Positions 20,130 through 29,659 of a stretch of DNA of 64,000 nucleotides are shown piece after piece; position 1 is the stretch's first letter; every line of letters starts with the position of its first letter. Origin of the DNA: a virus; IMG/VR virus record IMGVR_UViG_3300034283_002790, positions 64,001 through 128,000 of that record. One strand, given 5' to 3'. The notes under the pieces were generated by a model. The model saw only the letters and a list, made by a program, of their open reading frames with translations. It ran no database searches and was not told the origin of the DNA. The position numbers were made by a program, and so were the translations under genes.

Positions 20130-20756
20130 TTAGTTATACGACTTAAATTTGTTGAACATTTCTTTAGTTCTGTTCAAACTCTCTTCTAATTTTTCATAAT
20201 CATCTGGATCAGTCATATCAGATTTGATTCCATTTTCAATTTCTTTCATCTCATAAGAAAAAATATCATCTCCACTGGGTATATTATAATCACCGAAGTC
20301 GAAGTCACGTAAATTGATTCCCGTGTCTTCTGTTTCCATCATTGGAGTATTAGATTCACACTCTAAACATTCTCCTTCAGGAGAAACACCCAAAGACACA
20401 ATATCAAATTCGTTTTCATTTGGTGAAGGATATAAATCGTGTAAAAAATCAAAGTTTTGTTCCTCATAATCAAAAACACTATCAACATCTACTGTACCAT
20501 TTTTTAAGTCATTTGGTCCGTCTGCAATTTTATCTTTCATGGTGTGCGACTCATTGATATTCATGTTTTGATAAGACATCACGTTTCCTTTATTTGATAC
20601 TGTAATTCCATTTTTATCATTTGCAAAATCCTGAACCATTAAAGGTTGTTGATTATTTTGACCATATAAAGTAACATATCCATCATAAATTTTTTTATGT
20701 TGATCTAAAATGTCATTTTTTTCTGCCTTACTAACTTTGAAGAAATATTGTCCCAT
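20130..20756 (-). CDS. leader-class C hypothetical
   Basis: FFKVSKAEKNDILDQH leader. Confidence 0.6.
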   Translation of the reverse strand: MGQYFFKVSKAEKNDILDQHKKIYDGYVTLYGQNNQQPLMVQDFANDKNGITVSNKGNVMSYQNMNINESHTMKDKIADGPNDLKNGTVDVDSVFDYEEQNFDFLHDLYPSPNENEFDIVSLGVSPEGECLECESNTPMMETEDTGINLRDFDFGDYNIPSGDDIFSYEMKEIENGIKSDMTDPDDYEKLEESLNRTKEMFNKFKSYN

Positions 20757-20787
20757 AATTTTTATTTTATAAATATAACCTTATTAA

Positions 20788-21633
20788 TTAAAATTTTCGG
20801 AACATAGATGTTTGAGCCCATAGTTTAATATACTCTTTTGCATTGTTCTGAATTATTGACTTTAGTCTACTATAAAATTCGTCAGGATTTTTGTCCACAT
20901 CATAACTTTTATTATCTGAAATTTTTTCGTATCCTGAGTTAATCATTATATTTCGAACAGGTTCAATTAAAGAAATTAAAATTTCTAAATTTTCTTTTTC
21001 ATCTTCACAACTTTTGATTTCTTCATCGGTATTCAAATCCTCGCACTTCATATTTTGTATTTCTTTGATACGATGATGATATTGTCTTTTAAATTCATCT
21101 TCACCCATATATAAAAATGGTGAGGCCCCTAACATATTCACAAAACCACTATTTTTTAGAACTTGTAAAAAATTATTTAATGTATTTTTTTTATTACCAA
21201 ATTGATTTGCAAAGTCTAAAAATTTATAAATTAATTTTTCATTCGATTCAGTAATTTGACGTTTTTTAATTCTAAAATTTTCTGTGACATTTGGATCCGG
21301 GTTGTTTTCCACTTTCCACCATTCATCAACATTTTTTAAATCAGTACTACCACAATTTTCGCATACCGTTGATTTACTATTATTAGAGGTGTCACATTCT
21401 TTACATACTTTAAGATCTATTAGACTTAATTTACCCCCATTTTGCCATTCTACACCATAATGTGTTTCAACCCCAACGGAAGTGACTTTATCGACTTTTC
21501 CTCGCATTCCCATAGGAATTCCATTGTAAACTTTGTTTCCGGTGTTCCTATCAATAACAAAGTCATCCATTTGTTTACAAATTACAACATCATCTACTGA
21601 TAGCGGTGCATTTAATATAAGTTTTTGTCCCAT
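20788..21633 (-). CDS. hypothetical with SH3-like N-terminus and Zn ribbon
   Basis: CKEC...CENC; TATTTAT upstream. Confidence 0.55.
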   Translation of the reverse strand: MGQKLILNAPLSVDDVVICKQMDDFVIDRNTGNKVYNGIPMGMRGKVDKVTSVGVETHYGVEWQNGGKLSLIDLKVCKECDTSNNSKSTVCENCGSTDLKNVDEWWKVENNPDPNVTENFRIKKRQITESNEKLIYKFLDFANQFGNKKNTLNNFLQVLKNSGFVNMLGASPFLYMGEDEFKRQYHHRIKEIQNMKCEDLNTDEEIKSCEDEKENLEILISLIEPVRNIMINSGYEKISDNKSYDVDKNPDEFYSRLKSIIQNNAKEYIKLWAQTSMFRKF

Positions 21634-21674
21634 AATTATTTATAAATATGTTTATAATAATATTTATTTAAATA

Positions 21675-22265
21675 ATGAAACTAGTCGTATCCGAATCACA
21701 ATATAAAACGATTTTATTAGAAGAAAAAATCAATACTATTATTGACAAAATCAAAAATGCCAGAAATAAATTTATTTCCCATATGAATAAAACTGAAAAA
21801 ATATTTGATGTTGATTTAAATGATTTAAAATCCCAATCTATGGCAATTGGAGGAATGTCTTATTTTTTAAATGAATTTTTGAATGAGGATGGAAAAAACT
21901 TAAAAAAAGAAGATATTGGTCTTATAATATCAACCACGTTACTTCCTTATTTTTCCAAAAATTTAAAAACTATAAAAAAGTTATTGGAAGAAATAAAAAA
22001 AAGAAAACTGGTTGACTACTTTGATACTTGTCTAGAAAAATTTAACTCATTAAAAGATTCTTTTGAAAACTTCATGAAGAGTTTAGATATTACTTTTAAG
22101 AAAGATCCATTAAGTTACTCTTTTTTGTTACCAGTAATACCGGATTTATATTTTATGGGAAATAACTCTAAATATAAAATTGATATTGATCAAATTATGG
22201 GATCTAATCAAAACCAAGAACTTGGAGTTATTGTTGATGAAATAATCAATAAATTTTCAAATTAA
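21675..22265 (+). CDS. leader-class B hypothetical
   Basis: MKLVVSESQYKTILLEE. Confidence 0.6.
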   Translation: MKLVVSESQYKTILLEEKINTIIDKIKNARNKFISHMNKTEKIFDVDLNDLKSQSMAIGGMSYFLNEFLNEDGKNLKKEDIGLIISTTLLPYFSKNLKTIKKLLEEIKKRKLVDYFDTCLEKFNSLKDSFENFMKSLDITFKKDPLSYSFLLPVIPDLYFMGNNSKYKIDIDQIMGSNQNQELGVIVDEIINKFSN

Positions 22266-22885
22266 TCTTTTTTATATCTTCCTTGATAAAATTTATAATC
22301 GATTAATTTTTTCATAACTTTTTGAACTTCTTCATTATTCATTAAATGTATTTCTTGGTGAGTTTTAAACCAATTTTTCATCACCTCCTCAAATGACTTG
22401 TTAGTTATTTTTGCCAAATGATCAAAACCAAAAACTTGAGCATCCAATTCTTCTGGTCTGGTATAATATTCATATGGGTCTTCTTCTTTTTTATTTTTGA
22501 ACCTGAACATATCGTTGTTAGACTGATGAATGTGTCTTATTTCATGTGCAATCACCTCCCGAAGTTCATTCATTATACTAAAAGTAATATTTGATTTTTC
22601 TTTAGAATTATATTTTATTAACACAACAATTACATCATCATCTCGATAATAGTCTGAATTGACAATAAATTCATCTATTTCATCATCAATTTCAATGATT
22701 AATTCAACAGTAAGACTTTCCGACAATTCAGAAAGAGTATAAACCAGTTTATCCGGATCAAAATGTTCAGGGAGATAAAATTCTCCCTCATCCACCGTTT
22801 TGAATATTTTGATTATGTCCCTAACAATAGATTCGACAAAATCAAAAATTCTAGTTGATTCATTTAATATTTTTTTGTAACTCAT
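22262..22885 (-). CDS. zincin-like metalloprotease domain protein
   Basis: AHEIRHIHQ plus Y...PEE.DA motif. Confidence 0.6.
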   Translation of the reverse strand: MSYKKILNESTRIFDFVESIVRDIIKIFKTVDEGEFYLPEHFDPDKLVYTLSELSESLTVELIIEIDDEIDEFIVNSDYYRDDDVIVVLIKYNSKEKSNITFSIMNELREVIAHEIRHIHQSNNDMFRFKNKKEEDPYEYYTRPEELDAQVFGFDHLAKITNKSFEEVMKNWFKTHQEIHLMNNEEVQKVMKKLIDYKFYQGRYKKD

Positions 22886-22953
22886 AGTAATAAATATTTG
22901 ATTTAAAAATTAATTTTTTTTATCTTTTTATCATTACCAAAATTAATTAAAAT

Positions 22954-23925
22954 ATGAAAACAAAATTTGACTTTGATGAAATCACTTTAATTCCTTCTTA
23001 CAGTATTATTGAATCTCGTTCGGACTGTGATGCAAGTTGTCATTTTGGAGGTTTTAAATTTAATTTACCAATAGTTCCCGCAAATATGCAAAGTGTGATT
23101 GATGAAAGTCTGGCAATTAAATTGGCTGAAAATGGTTACTTTTATATTATGCATAGATTTGATGTGGATATGGTCGATTTTTGTAAAAAAATAACAGATC
23201 TAGATCTAATGTTATCCATTTCCCTAGGTGTAAATGATGACTCATATGAACTTATTGATTCTTTAGTTTCAAAAAACTACATTCCCAATTTTATAACAAT
23301 TGACATTGCTCATGGTCATTGTATAAAAATGAAAAAAATGGTTCACTATATTAAAAATAGAATGCCAGACACATTTGTAATAGGTGGTAATGTTTGTACA
23401 CCACAATCAGTCATAGATCTTCAAAATTGGGGTTGTGACGCAATAAAATGTGGTATCGGTGGAGGTTCTGCTTGTACAACATACCATTCTACTGGATTTG
23501 GTAATCGAGGATGGCAAGCAAATATGATTCTTGAATGTTCTTCGGTTGCAAAAGTCCCAATCATTGCAGATGGATCAATCAAACAAAATTGTGATATTGT
23601 AAAAAGTTTAGTTTTGGGTGCCACTATGGTAATGGTTGGTGGTATGTTATCTGGTTATCAAGAATCCCCAGGTCAAAAAGTTAAAAATCTTGTAACTGGT
23701 AGTTGGCACAAAGAATTTTGGGGGAGTGCTTCCTCATCTCAATCAGGAAAAACTAATCGAATTGAAGGTGTTAAAAAACTAGTTGATTATAAGGATGTTT
23801 CTATCTTCACCAAACTTACGGAAATTGAGGAATCAATACAAAGTGCCATCTCATATGCTGGTGGATATCCTAATACTATTGATTGTTTAAATAACGTAAA
23901 TTTCGTGGTAAAAAGTAATCAGTAG
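22954..23925 (+). CDS. guaC: GMP reductase
   Basis: FDFDEITLIP, PIVPANM, ITIDIAHGH, GNV, GIGGGSACTT, PIIADG, EFWGSAS, IEG; no CBS domains. Confidence 0.92.
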   Translation: MKTKFDFDEITLIPSYSIIESRSDCDASCHFGGFKFNLPIVPANMQSVIDESLAIKLAENGYFYIMHRFDVDMVDFCKKITDLDLMLSISLGVNDDSYELIDSLVSKNYIPNFITIDIAHGHCIKMKKMVHYIKNRMPDTFVIGGNVCTPQSVIDLQNWGCDAIKCGIGGGSACTTYHSTGFGNRGWQANMILECSSVAKVPIIADGSIKQNCDIVKSLVLGATMVMVGGMLSGYQESPGQKVKNLVTGSWHKEFWGSASSSQSGKTNRIEGVKKLVDYKDVSIFTKLTEIEESIQSAISYAGGYPNTIDCLNNVNFVVKSNQ

Positions 23926-23927
23926 AG

Positions 23928-24509
23928 TTACCAAGTCTTGCAAGCCCAATACCTGGGTTTCCATCTTGGTCCTGGATTATCACAATTATGTCTAGCCCTG
24001 AAAGATCTTCTTCTTTCGGGGTTATTTTTTTTAATTACCATTCTTTTACCCTTTGCCGATTTACCACCAAAACCAAAGTTCACCTTTACTACTTTTCCTT
24101 TGTCGTTTTTAACATAAACTTTAAATTTTTTGATATCTCCTTGCATTATCTTCCCAAGTTGTACTTTTCTTCCTTGGTATTCCGCCTCAAACAAGTAACT
24201 ATCATCCTCATAGGGAACATCTAACCAAATTTTTTGACCGGATTCCGAAATAATAAATTTACCCAAGTCCGTTTCAACTAAATCTCTATCGTTCTCATTC
24301 AAGAAAATGAACTGATTATAATAAAGTTTTCTTACTTCTCTAATTAATTCCAAATATTCTTCTGAATATAAATCAAAAATGTTTTCACTAAGTGGAATTT
24401 TATTAATTAAATGATACCGTAAATTTTCAGAAATATGAACAGTATTTATTAATTCCATTGGACTATTGAAAGTTTGACTAAGATTTTTTTTGATTATTTC
24501 ATTTATCAT
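23928..24509 (-). CDS. conserved phage-type hypothetical protein
   Basis: KKFKVYVKN..G.V.KV.FG...NPERRRSFRARHNC...RYWACK.W motif. Confidence 0.65.
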   Translation of the reverse strand: MINEIIKKNLSQTFNSPMELINTVHISENLRYHLINKIPLSENIFDLYSEEYLELIREVRKLYYNQFIFLNENDRDLVETDLGKFIISESGQKIWLDVPYEDDSYLFEAEYQGRKVQLGKIMQGDIKKFKVYVKNDKGKVVKVNFGFGGKSAKGKRMVIKKNNPERRRSFRARHNCDNPGPRWKPRYWACKTW

Positions 24510-24578
24510 ACAACTTATATTTATACCAATAAATACACAATAATTTAAATTGAATATATTTATATAAAAAGTTTTTTT

Positions 24579-25118
24579 ATGAAAAAAATTAGATTGACGG
24601 AAAATGAATTAATTAGTTTGATCAAACAAACCATATTAGAAGATCAAAGTGTGGGATCATCACCAAAAAAAGATAAGAAAAAACCAAATGCAAGGTGTAT
24701 TCCTGAAAATGTACTTCCTCTAGATGAAATTGCTGGATTAAGTGATGATTTTATAACTTACGGTCCTGGAATACAAAAAAGACGTGGAGGAATTGGTCAT
24801 CTTGTTGATTCATTAGGATTATTGAATAATATTAGACTTAATAAAAGTATTAAAGATGGTGGAACTCACCTGGCATACGAGATGATGAATCATTTGAATA
24901 AATTCAGAAATAAAAATTATTTTGATGAGACAAACGGTCAATGTTTACCGGCAATGGAAAAAATTGTACAACTTTATAAAGAAAATGAACATGGCACTGA
25001 GTTAGTCAAAGATATAGAAAAAGTACTTGATTTACAATCTAAAGATGACGATCTAACACCATCAGCAAGAGCAAAGGAATATCTTAAACAATGCATTAAT
25101 CTAATTAAAGGTATCTAA
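24579..25118 (+). CDS. leader-class A hypothetical
   Basis: MKKIRLTENELISLIKQTILE; TATTTAT at 24557-24563. Confidence 0.65.
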   Translation: MKKIRLTENELISLIKQTILEDQSVGSSPKKDKKKPNARCIPENVLPLDEIAGLSDDFITYGPGIQKRRGGIGHLVDSLGLLNNIRLNKSIKDGGTHLAYEMMNHLNKFRNKNYFDETNGQCLPAMEKIVQLYKENEHGTELVKDIEKVLDLQSKDDDLTPSARAKEYLKQCINLIKGI

Positions 25119-25119
25119 A

Positions 25120-25248
25120 ATGGCAAAAAAAACAAATACAACTTCTTCAGTCAAAGTTACTTTTGGTAAGAAGAAATCTGGAAAATTAAAAAAAAGATTT
25201 GGTCCTAAAGAAGAAAGACCAAAAAGATATAGAGGTCAAGGAAGATAA
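25120..25248 (+). CDS. small basic protein, 42 aa; not in ORF track
   Basis: MAKKTNTTSSVKVTFGKKKSGKLKKRFGPKEERPKRYRGQGR. Confidence 0.55.
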   Translation: MAKKTNTTSSVKVTFGKKKSGKLKKRFGPKEERPKRYRGQGR

Positions 25249-25249
25249 T

Positions 25250-25483
25250 ATGAAACGAATGATGAGAAATTACTGGAAACCCACCCCCAAAAAATGGAGA
25301 AAATGGGGGGATACGTTTTTGGCAGTATCTTCAGTACTAGCAATAGGTGGATTATGGCAATTTGACAATCTTAAAGAAATATTCACACCCTCGGAAATCA
25401 AAATCATGATTGTATCTTCAATAATACTGGGTGTAATCGGTAAATTCCTAACAAATTTTTTCAAAGAAGAAGAAAATATATAA
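25250..25483 (+). CDS. putative holin-like 2-TM protein
   Basis: Start reassigned to ATG 25250; PTPKKWRKWGD followed by two TM helices. Confidence 0.55.
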   Translation: MKRMMRNYWKPTPKKWRKWGDTFLAVSSVLAIGGLWQFDNLKEIFTPSEIKIMIVSSIILGVIGKFLTNFFKEEENI

Positions 25484-25504
25484 TTTTTTCATTATCTTTG
25501 TGAT

Positions 25505-25678
25505 ATGAAATCAAAAATTGAAACTAAAAAGTTCGAAAGAACATTTGTTTTTGAAGACTGTACTGTAATTTGGAAATATGACACTTCCAGGTCCGTTCTT
25601 CATCCTATAGAGGTAGAGATCAAATACCCCAAAAAAACCCAGGAAATAACCAAAAAAACCCCAAAAAAACGAAATTAA
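25505..25678 (+). CDS. small hypothetical, 57 aa; not in ORF track
   Basis: MKSKIETKKFERTFVFEDC...; TATCTTTG promoter at 25493-25500. Confidence 0.55.
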   Translation: MKSKIETKKFERTFVFEDCTVIWKYDTSRSVLHPIEVEIKYPKKTQEITKKTPKKRN

Positions 25679-25933
25679 TCACCTTTTTTTGTTATTATTA
25701 GACCTATAAAAGTTGTTTGGGTCTATATTTTTCATCATTTTATCCAAATTTTTCATCATTTCCATTGGATTTTGATCAATAAAGTTTGGAAATGTTGTAT
25801 TTTTCATCAAATTTTCTGGTTTTATTAAAGAAAATAACGTTTTTCCGTATTTTTTCCACCAAATTACACCCAAAATGATGGTAGTTAGTAATAAAATACT
25901 AAAAATTGTCAAAATTACTTGTAAATAAATCAT
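25679..25933 (-). CDS. small single-TM protein
   Basis: N-terminal hydrophobic helix. Confidence 0.5.
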   Translation of the reverse strand: MIYLQVILTIFSILLLTTIILGVIWWKKYGKTLFSLIKPENLMKNTTFPNFIDQNPMEMMKNLDKMMKNIDPNNFYRSNNNKKR

Positions 25934-25988
25934 AATTAATGGTTTTTTTTAGAAATATACTTATATTTTGAAGTATAATCAATTGTAA

Positions 25989-26282
25989 ATGAAAAAAAAC
26001 ACGGAAATTATAGAATTTCTTATAAATTATGGTCTAAAAACTTACAAAAACAATCTTTTTGGTGAAAAATCGCAAGTAAAAGTGACTTTAATACAGTTTT
26101 TAAGTCAAAAAAAGTGTTTTATGGTCCATGTTACTCTGTATATTGAAAATTTGGATCAAAATTTAGAACTTTACCCGGATGGTTTAGAAGAATTGATTAG
26201 ATTAGCATGGTCCGCTTATGGAAAACAAGAAAAAATAGTCATTTCTTCATCGGTTAAATTACTAAGTGACTGTTTTAACTAA
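25989..26282 (+). CDS. hypothetical protein
   Basis: 97-aa ORF. Confidence 0.5.
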   Translation: MKKNTEIIEFLINYGLKTYKNNLFGEKSQVKVTLIQFLSQKKCFMVHVTLYIENLDQNLELYPDGLEELIRLAWSAYGKQEKIVISSSVKLLSDCFN

Positions 26283-26891
26283 ATCTGTTTCTATTTCTGG
26301 AGGATTCAAGGTTTTTCCATCCAAAACCTTACCTACAAGGTCCCCAGTACCCCAAGTTTTAAGGTCTTTTCGACAATGTCTGGCAATATATCTTGCCGTA
26401 CAATTTTTTGTACACGATTCGTTGTTTCTAAGTTGGTCAACTATACAATCATAATGACCGTTTAATAAAGTTTTTATGGTTGCATCAATTCCCACTTGTA
26501 AACTGGGATAATTTCTTACTCCCCCACTACATTTTCCATTTTTTCTTTTTAAACAATTATAAAAACTTGATCCATCCTTTGGTTGAGTTGTATTGAATGG
26601 GTTATATCTTGCATGTGCCCCTTCTGATTGTCTCCAGGCATAGAAGAATTTCATATTTTCGTCGGTAATTGGTGCTCCAATACCCTGTAATATTTTTTTA
26701 TAGACCTCATCATCACTCATATCCACCGAACCAACGGTGACAGATTGAGTTTCATCTTCTTCATCCTCAGTATAAGACGGGATCAGGTCTAATTTTTTGT
26801 TAATTTGGTCAATAATCTGATCTAAAACATCTTTTGGATTTGTGAGATCAAGTTCAAGATCTTTGACAAGGTCATCTAATTCTATTTTCAT
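26262..26891 (-). CDS. lysozyme-like fold protein (putative muramidase)
   Basis: AWRQSEG...YNPFNTT...GVRNYPS...GIDATIKTL.NG.Y. Confidence 0.5.
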   Translation of the reverse strand: MKIELDDLVKDLELDLTNPKDVLDQIIDQINKKLDLIPSYTEDEEDETQSVTVGSVDMSDDEVYKKILQGIGAPITDENMKFFYAWRQSEGAHARYNPFNTTQPKDGSSFYNCLKRKNGKCSGGVRNYPSLQVGIDATIKTLLNGHYDCIVDQLRNNESCTKNCTARYIARHCRKDLKTWGTGDLVGKVLDGKTLNPPEIETDLVKTVT

Positions 26892-26965
26892 ACTTAAATA
26901 AATATTTAACGACTCATAAATGTTTACTTAAGATTTATATTTAATAAATTTTAGAAAAAAATAAT

Positions 26966-27391
26966 ATGAAAAAAGTAGAAAACACAAGTGTTGTAAAATT
27001 TAACTACACAGGAAAATTAGAAGATGGGTCTGTATTTGATTCTTCACTTACTGAAGGTAGAGAACCATTAGTTGCGACTTTAGGTCAAGGACAATTGATC
27101 CCTGGTTTTGAATCAGGATTATTAGAAATGTCAGAAGGTGAAAATAAGACTATAGAAATTGAACCTGATCAAGCATATGGTTTGTTTAGGGAAGATTTAA
27201 TCGATGAGGTTACAAAAGATAAAGTTCCAGAAACTGTACAACCGGGTGACATGTTACAAGCCTGGACCCCTCAGGGTCCTATGCCTGTAAAAGTATTAGA
27301 AGTTAAAGAAGAAACTGTAGTTTTAGATGCTAACCACCCATTAGCAGGTAAAAAACTAATTTTTGATTTAGAGGTACTAGAAGTTTCCTAG
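26966..27391 (+). CDS. FKBP-type peptidyl-prolyl isomerase (SlyD/SlpA-like)
   Basis: YTGKLEDGSVFDSS, G.GQLIPGFE.GL, PDQAYG, LDANHPLAGK.L.F. Confidence 0.92.
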   Translation: MKKVENTSVVKFNYTGKLEDGSVFDSSLTEGREPLVATLGQGQLIPGFESGLLEMSEGENKTIEIEPDQAYGLFREDLIDEVTKDKVPETVQPGDMLQAWTPQGPMPVKVLEVKEETVVLDANHPLAGKKLIFDLEVLEVS

Positions 27392-27669
27392 AAATCTTTT
27401 CCAAATGTGGTTTTTACCCCAGGAACAACTCTTTCTGGTTCGTACAAATCTCTTGGTGATAAAACCTTGATTTTAGTGAGTGGGTAATCTTCATTGAACT
27501 GTTTTAGTGCATCGTAATACTCGTCACCATATTCACTAAACCTATTAACAACAGAATCCACAAGATCAAGTCTCATGGATTCTGTTTCTCTAGGGTCTCT
27601 TCTGGACTCTTTAACTATTTTTTTAATTAACTGTAATAACTGTGTTTCGTTAAGTGTTATTTTTTTCAT
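27388..27669 (-). CDS. leader-class A hypothetical
   Basis: MKKITLNETQLLQLIKKIVKE. Confidence 0.6.
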   Translation of the reverse strand: MKKITLNETQLLQLIKKIVKESRRDPRETESMRLDLVDSVVNRFSEYGDEYYDALKQFNEDYPLTKIKVLSPRDLYEPERVVPGVKTTFGKDF

Positions 27670-27710
27670 TTTGTGGATTTTTATATAAATACCACAACAC
27701 TAATAAAAAA

Positions 27711-28046
27711 TTATCTAAACAATACTACTTTTCCTTTTTTTACAAAACGTTTGTTATTATCAGTAACACATACAATTTTAAAATCATATATTCCTGTTTC
27801 TGATTTGCCACCATCCCAGTATTCTCCAGGATTGTTTGTTTTGTAAACCAACCGGTTTTTCTTGTCTCTGATAACCAAATAATATTTTTTTGGTGTAAAG
27901 GATAATCTACTCATAAATAAGTCATTTACACCGTCATTATTGGGTGTGAATGTATTATTAGTGTTGAGACTAAAATCTTTAACATTAGTTTGTGAGACAA
28001 AAAACGTAGAAATAAATAAAAAGAAGGATACTAAATAAATTTTCAT
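27711..28046 (-). CDS. signal peptide plus stand-alone T9SS type-B (CHU_C, gliding-motility C-terminal) domain
   Basis: NTFTPNNDGVNDLF...I.D...RLVYKT......WDG...G.Y.F.I. Confidence 0.75.
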   Translation of the reverse strand: MKIYLVSFFLFISTFFVSQTNVKDFSLNTNNTFTPNNDGVNDLFMSRLSFTPKKYYLVIRDKKNRLVYKTNNPGEYWDGGKSETGIYDFKIVCVTDNNKRFVKKGKVVLFR

Positions 28047-28079
28047 AAAATATAAATTAAAGGTTACTAAAAATTAATC

Positions 28080-28598
28080 TTAATTTAAAGATACTGTGCT
28101 GATAAATTCATCAACCGCAGTCTGAAGTGATGGGAAATCGTTGAACCCATACCCCATAATTAAATCTGAAATTTTGGAATAAAGAGTTTTCATATCTTCC
28201 AGGTTAACTCTAGTTGATTTTTCTTCATCTGTTAAATCTGGGTTTGTGAGAATATCAAGTCTGTTTTTCCAAAAACCATTCATTGTTTCCTGTCCGGGAA
28301 CGTTGAACTGTTGTGGAAAACCATTTTCTCTACCGGTAGTGATGATTTGAGAGTCCAAATCTGCAAAATCGGTAAATTTCTTTCTTTCATCGTCAGTTAA
28401 ATCGGGAATGAAATCTGCCAATTTGTAATTCAAGGCAGAAAGATTATAACAAGTAAGAATCATTTCGATAATGTCCTGGACTGTCAAATCCATCAAGTTT
28501 CCAGATTCGAATAGGTAATTCAATTTGGATGCTTTGGTGTGCATTTCTAAGATCCTATTTTTCTCGGATCTATCAACTTCAAAAAGGTTATTTTTCAT
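28080..28598 (-). CDS. leader-class C hypothetical
   Basis: FEVDRSEKNRILEMH. Confidence 0.6.
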   Translation of the reverse strand: MKNNLFEVDRSEKNRILEMHTKASKLNYLFESGNLMDLTVQDIIEMILTCYNLSALNYKLADFIPDLTDDERKKFTDFADLDSQIITTGRENGFPQQFNVPGQETMNGFWKNRLDILTNPDLTDEEKSTRVNLEDMKTLYSKISDLIMGYGFNDFPSLQTAVDEFISTVSLN

Positions 28599-28642
28599 AT
28601 TTTATATTTTAGTAATAAATATGATTAAAATTAGAAAAATGA

Positions 28643-29125
28643 TTACTTAATATTATTTTTCACCAAATAGTCCTCCATACCTTGAATTTCGATCCCCGCT
28701 TGTTGATAAAGACGAAAATTGAATATTCCGGTATTTTTCGTCATTTTGGAAATCAATTTGTGTTCTTCTCTAGTGACTTTAACAGTTGAACAAAATCTTT
28801 TCAAGATTGAGGTAAATTCACGAACGGACATTTCAGGATTTTTTGATAACTCATCAAAAATAATTCTCATGGCAAGTGATCTTTGGATATAATGTTCCAC
28901 AGAAACTTTTGTTTCTTCGTCTCGGGATATATACCCATTGGAGACCAATCCAGTAGAAAATGCTTTAGTATTTGTAATATCCCAAAGTGGATTTCTATTT
29001 CTACTTAGAAAAGACTTCATTAATCTTGGAGAACTTTGAACTTCACTATAACGAGGAAGTAATGTTTTGAAATCTTTAAGGGTTTCTTGAAGTTTCATTT
29101 TTTGTTTAGACGACGTTTTTTTCAT
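28643..29125 (-). CDS. hypothetical protein
   Basis: 160 aa; TATTTTTG promoter upstream. Confidence 0.55.
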   Translation of the reverse strand: MKKTSSKQKMKLQETLKDFKTLLPRYSEVQSSPRLMKSFLSRNRNPLWDITNTKAFSTGLVSNGYISRDEETKVSVEHYIQRSLAMRIIFDELSKNPEMSVREFTSILKRFCSTVKVTREEHKLISKMTKNTGIFNFRLYQQAGIEIQGMEDYLVKNNIK

Positions 29126-29296
29126 ATTACTTGTTTTTATTGTTTTAATATTTCTACAAAAATAAGAATAAAAAACTTTCCAAACAAATTTTTTTGAAAT
29201 TATTTTTTCAATTTAGAGATTATCTCCATATTATTTTTAATAATCTCTAATTTTTTTTTCAGGTTTGATCTGTTTCTCTTTTTTTTTCCTTCCTTT

Positions 29297-29593
29297 CTAG
29301 CCTTTGCCATTTTTACATTTTTTAATTTTTTTATCATAAAATTTTTTAATATGTTCCGAGTCATTTGTCAGAAACCTAAAAATTGACATTTTGGTGTCCA
29401 TATCGTCACTTAATTCCTCAAGTTTAATTATTGATTCGTTAATTACGTCATTAAAAAACTTATTCCATCCATAATAACCCATTTCTTTATATTCACAAAC
29501 ATTTTTTTGATTCAATATTTCGTCAATTATAAAATTAATCAATTCATAATTTTTGATGATCTTTTCTTGTTTTTCAGAAATTATTATCTTCAT
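29297..29593 (-). CDS. leader-class B small helical protein
   Basis: MKIIISEKQ leader. Confidence 0.55.
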   Translation of the reverse strand: MKIIISEKQEKIIKNYELINFIIDEILNQKNVCEYKEMGYYGWNKFFNDVINESIIKLEELSDDMDTKMSIFRFLTNDSEHIKKFYDKKIKKCKNGKG

Positions 29594-29659
29594 AATAATA
29601 AATAGTGTTAAATAAAAAAACCCTCACAAGAGGGTTTTCAAATCATGGATTATAAGATA

